Part shown: one piece after another, positions 13,500 to 24,370 of the stretch | How the letters are laid out: each line of letters opens with the position of its first letter | Position numbering within the stretch: the first letter of the stretch is position 1 | Assembly: GCA_032718475.1 (NCBI GenBank) | Contig: JAUCBJ010005881.1 | Coordinates: 1 to 64,000, forward strand | Length of the DNA: 64,000 nucleotides | Direction: 5' to 3' | DNA from: Nemertoderma westbladi | Taxonomy: Eukaryota; Animalia; Xenacoelomorpha | Notes under the pieces: model-generated | The model's database searches: none | What the model was told of the DNA's origin: nothing | What the model saw: only the letters and a program-made list of their open reading frames with translations | Made by a program: the position numbers and the translations under genes

Positions 13500-14789
13500 G
13501 TTAACTAAACGTTTACATAACGGCTGTGAGATAGTTAACTAAACGTTTACATAACGGCAGTGAGATAGTTAACTAAACGTTTACATAACGGCAGTGAGAT
13601 AGTTAACTAAACGTTTACATAACGGCAGTGCGATAGTTAACTAAACGGTTACATAACGGCTGTGAGATAGTTAACTAATCGGTTACATAACGGCTGTGAG
13701 ATAGTTAACTAAACGTTTACATAACGGCTGTGAGATAGTTAACTAAACGTTTACATTACGGGAGTGAGATAGTTAACTAAACGGTTACATAACGGCTGTG
13801 AGATAGTTAACTAATCGTTTACATAACGGCTGTGAGATAGTTAACTAAACGTTTACATAACGGCAGTGAGATAGTTAACTAAACGGTTACATAACGGCTG
13901 TGAGATAGTTAACTAAACGTTTACATAACGGCTGTGAGATAGTTAACTAAACGATTAAATAACGGCTGTGAGATAGTTAACTAAACGGTTACATAACGGC
14001 TGTGAGATAGTTAACTAAACGTTTACATAACGGCTGTGAGATAGTTAAGTAAACGGTTACATAACGGCTGTGAGATAGTCAACTAAACGTTTACATAACG
14101 GCTGTGAGATAGTTAACTAAACGGTTACATAACGGCTGTGAGATAGTCAACTAAACGTTTACATAACGGCTGTGAGATAGTCAACTAAACGTTTACATAA
14201 CGGCTGTGAGATAGTTAACTAAACGGTTACATAACGGCTGTGAGATAGTTAACTAAACGTTTACATAACGGCTGTGAGATAGTTAACTAAACGTTTACAT
14301 AACGGCTGTGAGATAGATAACTAAACGTTTACATAACGGCTGTGAGATAGTTAAATAAACGTTTACATAACAGCTGTGAGATAGTTAACTAAACGTTTAC
14401 ATAACGGCTGTGAGATAGTAACTAACCGTTTACATAACGGCTGTGAGATAGTTAACTAAACGTTTACATAACGGCTGTGGGATAGTTAACTAAACGTTTA
14501 CATAACGGCTGTGGGATAGTTAAATAAACGTTTACATAACGGCTGTGAGATAGTTAACTAAACGTTTACATAACGGCTGTGGGATAGTTAACTAAACGTT
14601 TACATAACGGCTGTGGGATAGTTAACTAAACGTTTACATAACGGCTGTGGGATAGTTAACTAAAGGTTTACATAACGGCTGTGAGATAGATAACTAAACG
14701 TTTACAAAACGGCTGTGGGATAGTTAACTAAACGTTTACATAACGGCTGTGGGATAGTTAACTAAACGTTTACATAACGGCTGTGAGAT
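13500..14789. repeat. 32-bp satellite (GTTAACTAAACGTTTACATAACGGCTGTGAGATA-type), left part
   Basis: Visible array; resumes at 29270-29287 and 47900-48316 after the two LTR insertions. Confidence 0.95.
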
Positions 14790-14918
14790 TATAGAATTAT
14801 ATTCTCTAAATGCCGTGGATTTTCAAAATTTTTATTTTATTCGAATTAACTTTGCTAAAGATTACATTAAGTCCTCATTTGTATTTGCTATATCTATTTG
14901 TACGATGATTAGTCAAGT

Positions 14919-15003
14919 GGTTCAGTAGCTCAGTCGGTAGAGCGTTGGAAATTATATGTAGTGTGTATTGATTTCGAATCCTAGTAAGTGCGAATTATTT
15001 TTT
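14919..15003 (+). ncRNA. tRNA-like Pol III module embedded in LTR U3 (second copy 27501-27585)
   Basis: TAGCTCAGTCGGTAGAGC (A box/D arm), GA(G/T)TTCGAATCC (B box/T loop), T6 run; acceptor and anticodon stems do not pair, so it is not a functional tRNA. Confidence 0.55.
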
Positions 15004-15069
15004 GTGCAGAATTTCAACTCATTTAAATTGGCCGCTACAAATTAATTGCATTTACTCGAAGTAAGGTTA

Positions 15070-15240
15070 ACCAATGAGACTGTAGTTATTAGATTGTAAC
15101 CAATGTCGTACGAGTTATATATTTGCTGGACCAATAGCTATCTTTAAAAACCTGTTAGAACTCATAGAACAATCGAGAATTTTCTCGATTGATTGTGGCA
15201 CAAATTTGGTATAAAAGGTGCGATTTCGTTCATTAGTTAT
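15070..15240 (+). promoter_or_regulatory. Putative Pol II promoter of element 1 LTR
   Basis: Three CCAAT motifs, TATAAAA 15210-15216 and an Inr-like TTAGTT ~25 bp downstream. Confidence 0.6.
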
Positions 15241-17497
15241 CTCTCTCTATCTTTCTTTCTCAGTTACATTATTTCAGATTACATTGTTTATTGTATAATA
15301 GTTATCGTTTGATTTTGTAATAAAAGTTAGAAATACTTGTCACATCTGCCCTTTTCTATCTGTTTTATCATGCTTCACCACGGTGAACCCAACTGAGGGA
15401 CAGGATGGCTGGCTAGACATCGGGCCGCAGCAATGAACGGGAACATCAAAGGAATGTAGACAGGAATCAGGAATGATATCATCTTAGTTATTCGCCCATC
15501 GCCTGAAAGGTTAGACAGCGTTCGATGCCTTGCTACCTAAGTATAAGACCAAAGATCGAAGGTAGAGGTAGTGACACGCTGTACGCCTAAAATTACATCT
15601 AGGGACTGTACTGTCTTAATTCAGGAAAAAACCGCAGTAGACCTTCATATTCCTACGGGGGGGGAGAGGAGAGAGCTCAGGCAGAGATACTAGTACGCAG
15701 ATAGGACGTAGGCACACCGGTACAAGGCATACACATTGGTAGGGTGCAGCAAACTGTACGCCTAACTCTTGCTAAGTACAGGTGCGTCTGCGACTATTTG
15801 TAGTACAATGGTGTCCATTGCATCAGAACTTGTCGGCCAGGAGAGTTGCTGCGTTTCACCTGAATTAGGATTGTACTGTTCAGGCGGTAGGGCAGTTTAC
15901 GACTAGGCGCAAATAAATTGAGGCTAATTAGGGATACTAACATCTACCGTGTCCCCGCCGACATCCTGATAGGAAGTTACCAAGCCCACCTAGGTAACCA
16001 AAATTCTAGATAAGAACGCCAGGCTAGCTATTAGTAACCGTACGCCTACTGTAGTAAACTAACACATTTCTTCTTAGTATTAGGGACCTGGTAAATTAAA
16101 ATTGCCGAATTCTGGGCGTAGTATTAATCTCATGCCAGAATTTGAGTCCTGGAAATACGCAAGAGGGGAAGGAGCCTTATCATTCGTGAGTATTGGCCCT
16201 ACAAGTTACAAAATTAGAATATTCGTAAAATGCACACCGTACCCAGTAATTATATATGTGAAGGAGCAAAACTGATCTTGACTGTTCAGAATTAACACAC
16301 GCGCGTTAAAAATTATTTACACCTCAAAATATATAAAATTAACTTTTGTCCGTACTGCGCTTTGCCCGCTAGTTAGACATCTCCAAATCTCTGCACCTAG
16401 CTAGCGTCTCTTTCGCCCAACCATATAAATCACACCGCGGCAAAGTATACGAGCCCTTTAGTCCGTCAGCGAGTCAGCCTGATTTTAGGATTCGCTGCGC
16501 GGGATTTTGTTTTATCGAAGTTTGTCTGTTCGTAGACTGTTTTCTGCCTTACCGGTTATAAGGGACCAATACTGCAATATATTCGCTTACTTGGAGTTTA
16601 CTGTTTTGGTGAGAAGGTCGGATTTATGATTTGATTCACAAACTTTACAGTAAGATATTGCAGGTATTGTTACTGTCTCTTCGAATTAGTAGGAATGTGT
16701 TTTACTGAACTACAGTTCGGTAGGACTAAAGTTATTTGAAAATTTTGTATTTTGAGGTAAAAGTTTATATTTGATTAGCTAAGTGCTAATTTTTTGAAAT
16801 AAAATTTTGATTTGAACCGCGTGTAAAATTTTTGGAATTGAATACCGGTGTTTAAAAGGATTTAAATACCATATTGTACCGGTACAAAATTTTCGTAAAA
16901 GTAAAACCTAACTCTTTTGTTTTTCAGGATTCAGAACTCATTTCTAGACTGTAACGAGAGCAAGACCGTGTTTAGCAAGTTTGGGAGATAGATAACCCAA
17001 CAACTTTGGTTGGGAAAATCGCACTTCGTCCGCAACGCTGGAAACGGAAAGGTTCACGTCCGGTTTGTATCTGGGAATCTGTTTTTCTGGAGAATTATTG
17101 GAGTGGGTGATTTCGAAAAGTTGCATAAATAAGTTAGGCATTACAGTATTAGTTAAAATTTATTGTGGGTTCCACTGTCTCAAGTATTTATGCATTCCGT
17201 ACGATTTCTTTGTTCATTGCTGAATTAGTCCGTATTATTGTATTTAATTTACCTTTTGATAACGCATATCGTTATCCGATTTATTTGTTATAAAATTGGC
17301 CGCTAGGCTAATTTTATTATATACTTATTCCGTGACATTTATTTGCTGTAAAATTGGCCGTTTAGGCTAATTTTATCCATCTGCTATAAAATCGGCCGGT
17401 AGGCTAATTTTATATGACTGTAATTAGTACTGTTTAAATATAAATACGGTAAATTTGATACTTTGACACTCACTTTACTTGACTTACAACTACTGAA

Positions 17498-20400
17498 ATG
17501 AGTGACAAACAAGACTATACGAAGAATACACCTACCGACTATGACTCATGTGATGCGGATAAGTCAGCAGCGGAAGAACTACAAGGGAAGACTCGCGAGC
17601 CTACCGAACCTACACCGTGTGCGTCACCAGTACATCCAACGGGAGTACCGGATGCCGTAGTACGAGGCGACGGCAGGACCGAGGACTTTCTAACTGTTCC
17701 GCAACCTAGATATAGGGAAACGGACATGGTAAGTTCAGTAGGAAGCCAGGAGAGCGTGGTTAGAAGCGTCGGCGGATACATGGCGCATATTACCAGGAGT
17801 ATTGGAGAAGGCCAACGCATATTAGACGAGTTGACCGCTCCGATGTCTCGGTTTGAGTTCTACACCCTCCAGGTTAGAGTACAAAGTAGAGTACATAAGT
17901 CCGTAGATAACCTTATCAGTCTACAAGATCTAGCTAGACAGAGACAGGATATGGATACTCAACTTAGAATCCTCGAGAAACTAATGATCGCTAGAGAGAA
18001 ACTGATTCAGTTTAAGTCGACAATTAGGCAGATACAACAGGAACAAGCGGACCAGTTGTTAGGTGAGTCAGTTTCGGACGAATTATTGCAACCCGAGGAA
18101 GAACAGGAACTGTATAGGCTGGATGGACAATTGAAACACCTGACGGATCACTTACGCATGTGCGGCGAGGACGTCGGAGATTGGGAAACCGTGCCGGAGG
18201 CTACGAGGGAAACTTCACTCGCACAAATCGAACCGGCACCGGGAACACTAGATCAATCACTGGTGAGTATTCGCAGCGAAATTGGCGAGGTGAGTATGGC
18301 TACGTCAGAAATTGCTCGACAACAGCAGATCTACAGACAACAACAGGAGTGGGAGGAACAAACTCAATTGCTAATGGCACAAGCAGCAGCAGAAGAAGAG
18401 AAACTACGCGTTGCGAATGTTGCGAGAATCTCTCATCTGCAAGAACAAGCTGAGTTGGAAGCAGCCGAAATGGAAAGGTTAGAGTTGGACATTGCACAAC
18501 AAGCGGCAGCGGCCGAGTTAGCGCAACGAACGGCAGCGGCCGAGTTAGAGCGACAAGCGGCAGCGGCAGCGGCAGTGGCAGCGTCCGAGTTAGAGCGACA
18601 AGGGTTAGCTTCAGAAGTGAGAACCGAAATGAAAAAACGGCAAGTAAAGGCTCAGTCAGCTATACGACAAGCGGAGTTCGAGGCGCAACAACAACAAACG
18701 GAACAACGCGAGAAAGAAGTTAAACTTCGTTTCGAACTTGAGAAGAAGGCGAGAGAATTAGCCAACGCCAAGGAAGATTTGGATCTACAAGCCCGCGACC
18801 GATCGATGAGATCTCGAGACGGACATGATTTAGACCAGATGGAGGTAAGGCACCGCCAAATCCAGGAACGAATGAAGGAAGGTTCGATAGGAGCACCTGG
18901 ACGGGAACGACAATTGGTTAAAGACTTATGTCAAAGATTCCCTCAAGTAACTCCTATGTTTGCACCAGTTACGACTAAGGAACCTGTTTTGATTGCTGGT
19001 AGTAGTAATATTTCTCCTATCCATGGTGCGACAGAACACAGGTTTGTTATTCCGGACAAGTTTACACCGCCAAGAGCAACGTCATCGCCTATTCCGAAAG
19101 TCAAGGTAAGTAACCCACCGATTACAGATCGTAGTAGTTTGTTGACCGCACCTGCACTACTGACGACTAAACAGGTGAGTCCACCTTCGACACCAAAACC
19201 CGCCAGAACATACACGTACCCAATGACTTTTAGGCCTACAAGGCCTTTAGATTCAAACGCTGTCATTCGACCACCGAACCAGTTTACATCGCAATCTACG
19301 ACTTCGAGGAAGACTTGTGAGCCTACCGAACAACGGAGACCAGTGGATACGCTACCGTTCAACCAGTTTACATCGCAATCTACGACTTCGAGGAAGACTT
19401 GTGAGCCTACCGAACAACGGAGAACAGTGGACGATGTTCCGAAACGGAATGTTAGAATTCGAACGACACAACGGACGCGAGCACGTCAGCCACCGTATCC
19501 AGGTGACAGTAGTACTTCGAGTGAATCGGATTACCCGAAACGCGAGGTATTTAGAACAGGAGCGGCTGACGAATATAAACGTGAGCGTTCAGATAACTCC
19601 TTTATCGATAATCCTCCACAAAATACACCAACACAAAAGGCGTTACAACCAACGGACGCAATTAGTACGCAACAACTCGCCGAAATAATGCGCCCAGTTG
19701 TAGACAAGTTGGCTCAGATAGAGAAACGTTTAGAAGAAACTCAAACTGATAGTTCGCGAGGTAACGAGTTCGAACACTCTAGACACCCGAAGCAGCAAAG
19801 AAAACAACCCTCGAGAAACACTTCGTATCAAGGAAAAGCGCCAAGACGAGAGAACATCAACTCGATTGTCAACCAAGGACGCGAAACTTTGAACGTGGCC
19901 GAGGAGATAGCGAAATTCGCCGCCAGACAAGGTTTACCGGTACAACAACCACCGAAGTTTTCAGGTAACTCGAAACATTGGCACACCTTTGTGGACTACA
20001 TCGAAACACAAATAGCAGCGTGCGCCTTTACATCGAGGGAGAAATTCAACTACCTGCTACAAACGCTGACGGGAGAACCGAAACGTCTAGCGGAGACCTT
20101 TGTCGGTGTACCAGATGCCTTCGAACTAGCGTATGATCGCTTAACTTCAATTTACGGTGGCACGGTGAGTATGGCTAAGTCAGTGATAGATGAACTCTGT
20201 AAAGGGGGGGCTATAACAAAACCCGTTGACTTACTAAAATTAGCTGACGAGATTAAGAACGCCATTACTACACTACGCTCGATTGGACAACTTGACTACG
20301 CGAACACTCCGACAGTTCTATTGAAAATAATAGGAAGATTACACCATCGACTTCGTCGGGAGTGGCGAAAGATAGAATATCAGCGAGAAGAGAGAGGCGG

Positions 20401-23400
20401 ATTCTTGAAGTTGGAAGACGTCTACTTACTGATATCCAGAGAGGCAGTCGTTGAGACGCGTTCGAACTACACGGACCAACATATCGTGGCGGAGGGAATA
20501 ACATTACCATCCTCGAACCGACAAAAACCCCAAACAACATCCACCAAGACGGTTACTTACGCCACATCGACCGACACCCGACAATTTTCGGACAATAATA
20601 AGGTATCCGCACCAATTGGAACCAAACAGATCCGACAGCAACTGACCACAGATTTTAGCGGTTGCCAATATTGTGAACGGCTAGGTAAACGACATACTAG
20701 CCATAAACTGAGAGGTTGTCGACTATTCTGCGAATTGAACTCGGAGGAACGACGATTACAAATACGACCATTGGACTCTTGTTGGCGGTGTACGCTACAT
20801 GGACATGTCTGTAAGGACTGCCCAAATACAGACACCTGTCCTTCTTGTGGACGCAACCACGACGGCTTGCTACATACAGACAGTCATACGCCGACCAAAC
20901 GCTTCACCAGGGAACACCCGGAAGCTGCAGCAAGATGCAACACAGCATATAAGGGTCGAGAGTCGAAAACAACACCGACATTCGTGACGCACATTAGAGA
21001 TTGTTTCTCGGAACAATCAGGATCGTCAGATGAAGAGTCGGAAGACGAAGACGTTTACTTTGATACTGGAGACGAACAACCATCGATTGCGCTTCTGACG
21101 CCTGATCAACTAAAGGGGTTTAGTATAATACCTGTCAAGATTACTGGCATCAAAGGGAGCAAGAGGATCTACGCTATCCTGGATTCAGCCTCATCTCATA
21201 GCTACGTGGATGAGAAAGTAGCTGATGTTGTGACGGATCTCCGACAAGGTAAGAACGTCAGTTACACCGTAAGTAGTATGCATGGACAACGTGCAATACC
21301 AGTGACACGAGTTAAGTTGAACTTAGACACTCTTCTTCCGAAATCGCAACATAGCGAAAAGGAGAGGTCTTTGTTACCCTTTAAGGATTTAACCTTTGCG
21401 GCCACAAAGGACTTTAGTAACCTACTAGGTCCTGTCCCAGAACAATCCTTGGAGGACCATAAGTACTTCAGACACCTTGGTGTACCTGAATGTCCTGTCA
21501 ACTATAGGTCGGTAGCAATGCTGATCGGGACAGATCAATTCAACCTACATCAAGTGTGGGAAACCAGACCATCGGCAGTCGTAGCGGGAAACGCATACGC
21601 CTGTAGAACGCCGATAGGGTGGTATACTCGAGCGCCTGTGCGCACACTGGATATAAGTGACGAGGAAGACGATATACAAAGTACATGTAGTTTATTAACT
21701 ACAACTTCGACTCATTCCTTTTCACACGACGTAGACTATACTACACTACATTCGACAAAACATGACACGACGTGTGTAGCGAGTATGATAAGTCACAAGG
21801 AGCAGCTAATCCACCAGGTGAGTTTAGAACTTGGGAAGAAGACGAGTCAGCCAGAGATTCCATCGACGACAGATGATAACGCCGGAAGACTTGCGAGCCT
21901 TTCTACACCAGACATATCGCCAGACACGTTACCAGACGTATCACCAGACGCGTTACTAGACGGTCAACCAGACATTTTGCCAGACATATCACAAAATGTT
22001 CTACCAGACACTAGTAACATATTGACAAATAGTAAAGCCGCAGTTTCTCTATTGGAGCGGCCTTCTACAGACAATCAACCAGACACGTTACCAGACGTAT
22101 CGCCAGACGCGTTACTAGACGGTCAACCAGACGTTTTGCCAGACACGTCACTAGATATTTCGCCGGATGTTCCGCGAAACATTTTACCAGACATGTCACA
22201 AAATGTTCTACCAGACACTAGTAACATATTGACAAATAGTAAAGCCGCAGTTTCTCTATTGGAGCGGCCTTCTATTGACAAACAACCAGACGCGTTACTA
22301 GACGGTCAACCAGACGTTTTGCCAGACATGTCACTAGATATTTCGCCGGATGTTCCGCGAAACATTTTACCAGACATGTCACAAAATGTTCTACCAGACA
22401 CTAGTAACATATTGACAAATAGTAAAGCCGCAGTTTCTCTATTGGAGCGGCCTTGTATTGACAAACTACCAAATTTGACACACTTGAGCAACAATAAGCA
22501 CAGTGAAACCTCATGTATTACAGATGTGGGTAGTACCTACGTAAATGTAAATACAGGTGTTACTTTGCGCTCAAGAGACATACCAAACTTGCAACCTATG
22601 GTGAAACCTGGGATTAATATCGGCAGAAAAATAAGTTTACCGAAACCCACTGACCCCATAGAGTTCAAACCACCATTAACGATCGACTTACAAAGTACTG
22701 ACAACCAAGGTAAGAAAACAAGGAAGGACAAATTACTTGTAGACCCGGACGGATCAACAGTCAACAAGGGAATACTTACCGGCGGACCCGTGGGCCCTTC
22801 TAGTAAATCAAAACCTTCCAAATTCTCCATTGACTTACCTGATGACGTCACAAATACTTACGTCGACCGCATTGTAAACCTAACAGATTCTTGGACAAAC
22901 GCTTGCCGAAAATTAGCGTGGATTGTACGTTTTGTACAATACGTTAAAGGCAAACGCGACTTTACACGTCGACTTACATTGACTGAGATTGACAGGTGTG
23001 AAATTAAATTAATTCGCCATTACCAACTGCGATATTTCGCACGCGAATTCACATCTATAAATCAAGGTCAACCAATCAAGTCGTCACCAATATTGAGTTG
23101 GAGTCCGATAATTTATAATGGCTTAATTTGTCATAAATCTCGGCTTCAAAACATTGACTTTAACACAAACTTTAGATACCCAATAATAATATCGCAGCAT
23201 CACGAACTACAACGTTCAATGATACTGGACGCACATTTACATCTGAAACACGCTGGAAGACACCACTGTCTTTCCTACTTACATACAAGATTTGTATTAA
23301 TTAGACCCAGTAAAGCGTTAAGTTCAGTGACACGTACGTGTATTATTTGTAAAAAGGTACATTCTAGAATAGGTACCCAAGAAATGAGTGAACTTCCACA

Positions 23401-24370
23401 AGCACGACTTCAAGCATTCAGACCACCTTTTACAGAGACTGGAATTGACTGCTTTGGTCCCATACATACGAAACGTGGACGTATACTAGTAAAACGCTGG
23501 GGACTGATTTTCACATGTATGTCCAGTAGGGCAGTTCATATTGAACGTGTGATGGATCTTTCCACCAACGCGTTTATACTAGCATTGCGGCGATTTATCG
23601 CTAGACGCGGACTAGTGAAATGCTTGTACTCAGACCAAGGGACAAACTTTGTTGGTGCTCGAAATGAGATTGCTAGAGCCTTTAAGAAATTAGATCATGA
23701 TCAAATCTCAAACGAACTACGTCCTTACAAGATTGTTTGGAAGTTTAATCCTCCAGATAGTCCATGGAGAGGCGGAGTCTGGGAGAGATTGATTAGATCT
23801 ATAAAGACAGCCATGGCAAAGGTCATTCCAGTAAACCACATTTTGACAGACGACCAACTGACAACACTGTTTGTTGAAATCGAGGCAATACTAAATACTA
23901 GACCAATAGTATTAGTACCCGATGACAAACAATCCCAGTTTGCTTTAACACCGGCACACCTGCTTATGCAGGCACCGACTACTTTAACGCCTATTTCTTT
24001 TCCAACAGAAGGCGATAGCTACGGTAGAAAAGCGTGGAAAATCAGGCAACTACTAGCTAACAAATTCTGGGAAATATGGCAAAACCATTATTTGCCCTCT
24101 ATTTCTGCCAGAACAACATGGTACAATAACACCCGCGCATTAAAGCCGGGAGATCACGTGCTGTTAGCGGAAGTGAATCTAAAAAGACGCTTCTGGATAA
24201 CAGGTGTAATTTTAGCCACACATCCATCTATGGATGGAGTGACAAGAACTGTGACAGTACGGACAATTGACGGTCGTACAGTTGACAGACCGACTCAACG
24301 TCTCGTACTTCTTGAAGAGACTCGTAACGAGTCTGGAGACTACAAATCTCCAACTAATGTTAGTAAATAA
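17498..24370 (+). CDS. Gag-protease-integrase polyprotein lacking RT/RNase H (2290 aa)
   Basis: Pao capsid region (PKFSGNSKHW...EKFNYLLQTLTGEP), three Cys/His knuckles, AILDSAS protease, HHCC zinc finger, GIDCFGP / SDQGTNF / GGVWERL DDE integrase with C-terminal RTVTVRT...RP; no YxDD or FGDAS motifs. Confidence 0.93.
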   Translation: MSDKQDYTKNTPTDYDSCDADKSAAEELQGKTREPTEPTPCASPVHPTGVPDAVVRGDGRTEDFLTVPQPRYRETDMVSSVGSQESVVRSVGGYMAHITRSIGEGQRILDELTAPMSRFEFYTLQVRVQSRVHKSVDNLISLQDLARQRQDMDTQLRILEKLMIAREKLIQFKSTIRQIQQEQADQLLGESVSDELLQPEEEQELYRLDGQLKHLTDHLRMCGEDVGDWETVPEATRETSLAQIEPAPGTLDQSLVSIRSEIGEVSMATSEIARQQQIYRQQQEWEEQTQLLMAQAAAEEEKLRVANVARISHLQEQAELEAAEMERLELDIAQQAAAAELAQRTAAAELERQAAAAAAVAASELERQGLASEVRTEMKKRQVKAQSAIRQAEFEAQQQQTEQREKEVKLRFELEKKARELANAKEDLDLQARDRSMRSRDGHDLDQMEVRHRQIQERMKEGSIGAPGRERQLVKDLCQRFPQVTPMFAPVTTKEPVLIAGSSNISPIHGATEHRFVIPDKFTPPRATSSPIPKVKVSNPPITDRSSLLTAPALLTTKQVSPPSTPKPARTYTYPMTFRPTRPLDSNAVIRPPNQFTSQSTTSRKTCEPTEQRRPVDTLPFNQFTSQSTTSRKTCEPTEQRRTVDDVPKRNVRIRTTQRTRARQPPYPGDSSTSSESDYPKREVFRTGAADEYKRERSDNSFIDNPPQNTPTQKALQPTDAISTQQLAEIMRPVVDKLAQIEKRLEETQTDSSRGNEFEHSRHPKQQRKQPSRNTSYQGKAPRRENINSIVNQGRETLNVAEEIAKFAARQGLPVQQPPKFSGNSKHWHTFVDYIETQIAACAFTSREKFNYLLQTLTGEPKRLAETFVGVPDAFELAYDRLTSIYGGTVSMAKSVIDELCKGGAITKPVDLLKLADEIKNAITTLRSIGQLDYANTPTVLLKIIGRLHHRLRREWRKIEYQREERGGFLKLEDVYLLISREAVVETRSNYTDQHIVAEGITLPSSNRQKPQTTSTKTVTYATSTDTRQFSDNNKVSAPIGTKQIRQQLTTDFSGCQYCERLGKRHTSHKLRGCRLFCELNSEERRLQIRPLDSCWRCTLHGHVCKDCPNTDTCPSCGRNHDGLLHTDSHTPTKRFTREHPEAAARCNTAYKGRESKTTPTFVTHIRDCFSEQSGSSDEESEDEDVYFDTGDEQPSIALLTPDQLKGFSIIPVKITGIKGSKRIYAILDSASSHSYVDEKVADVVTDLRQGKNVSYTVSSMHGQRAIPVTRVKLNLDTLLPKSQHSEKERSLLPFKDLTFAATKDFSNLLGPVPEQSLEDHKYFRHLGVPECPVNYRSVAMLIGTDQFNLHQVWETRPSAVVAGNAYACRTPIGWYTRAPVRTLDISDEEDDIQSTCSLLTTTSTHSFSHDVDYTTLHSTKHDTTCVASMISHKEQLIHQVSLELGKKTSQPEIPSTTDDNAGRLASLSTPDISPDTLPDVSPDALLDGQPDILPDISQNVLPDTSNILTNSKAAVSLLERPSTDNQPDTLPDVSPDALLDGQPDVLPDTSLDISPDVPRNILPDMSQNVLPDTSNILTNSKAAVSLLERPSIDKQPDALLDGQPDVLPDMSLDISPDVPRNILPDMSQNVLPDTSNILTNSKAAVSLLERPCIDKLPNLTHLSNNKHSETSCITDVGSTYVNVNTGVTLRSRDIPNLQPMVKPGINIGRKISLPKPTDPIEFKPPLTIDLQSTDNQGKKTRKDKLLVDPDGSTVNKGILTGGPVGPSSKSKPSKFSIDLPDDVTNTYVDRIVNLTDSWTNACRKLAWIVRFVQYVKGKRDFTRRLTLTEIDRCEIKLIRHYQLRYFAREFTSINQGQPIKSSPILSWSPIIYNGLICHKSRLQNIDFNTNFRYPIIISQHHELQRSMILDAHLHLKHAGRHHCLSYLHTRFVLIRPSKALSSVTRTCIICKKVHSRIGTQEMSELPQARLQAFRPPFTETGIDCFGPIHTKRGRILVKRWGLIFTCMSSRAVHIERVMDLSTNAFILALRRFIARRGLVKCLYSDQGTNFVGARNEIARAFKKLDHDQISNELRPYKIVWKFNPPDSPWRGGVWERLIRSIKTAMAKVIPVNHILTDDQLTTLFVEIEAILNTRPIVLVPDDKQSQFALTPAHLLMQAPTTLTPISFPTEGDSYGRKAWKIRQLLANKFWEIWQNHYLPSISARTTWYNNTRALKPGDHVLLAEVNLKRRFWITGVILATHPSMDGVTRTVTVRTIDGRTVDRPTQRLVLLEETRNESGDYKSPTNVSK

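Larger units (their letters stand above)
14790..16688 (+). repeat. Element 1 5' LTR (1899 bp, TATAG...AATTA)
   Basis: Roughly 98.5-99% identical to 27372-29269 by eye; TATAAAA at 15210, Inr-like TTAGTT at 15233, AATAAA at 15319. Confidence 0.95.

Noticed and set aside
14919-14995. Functional tRNA gene or element-encoded tRNA primer
   Set aside because: Acceptor and anticodon stems do not pair, and the 3' end is not complementary to the PBS position.
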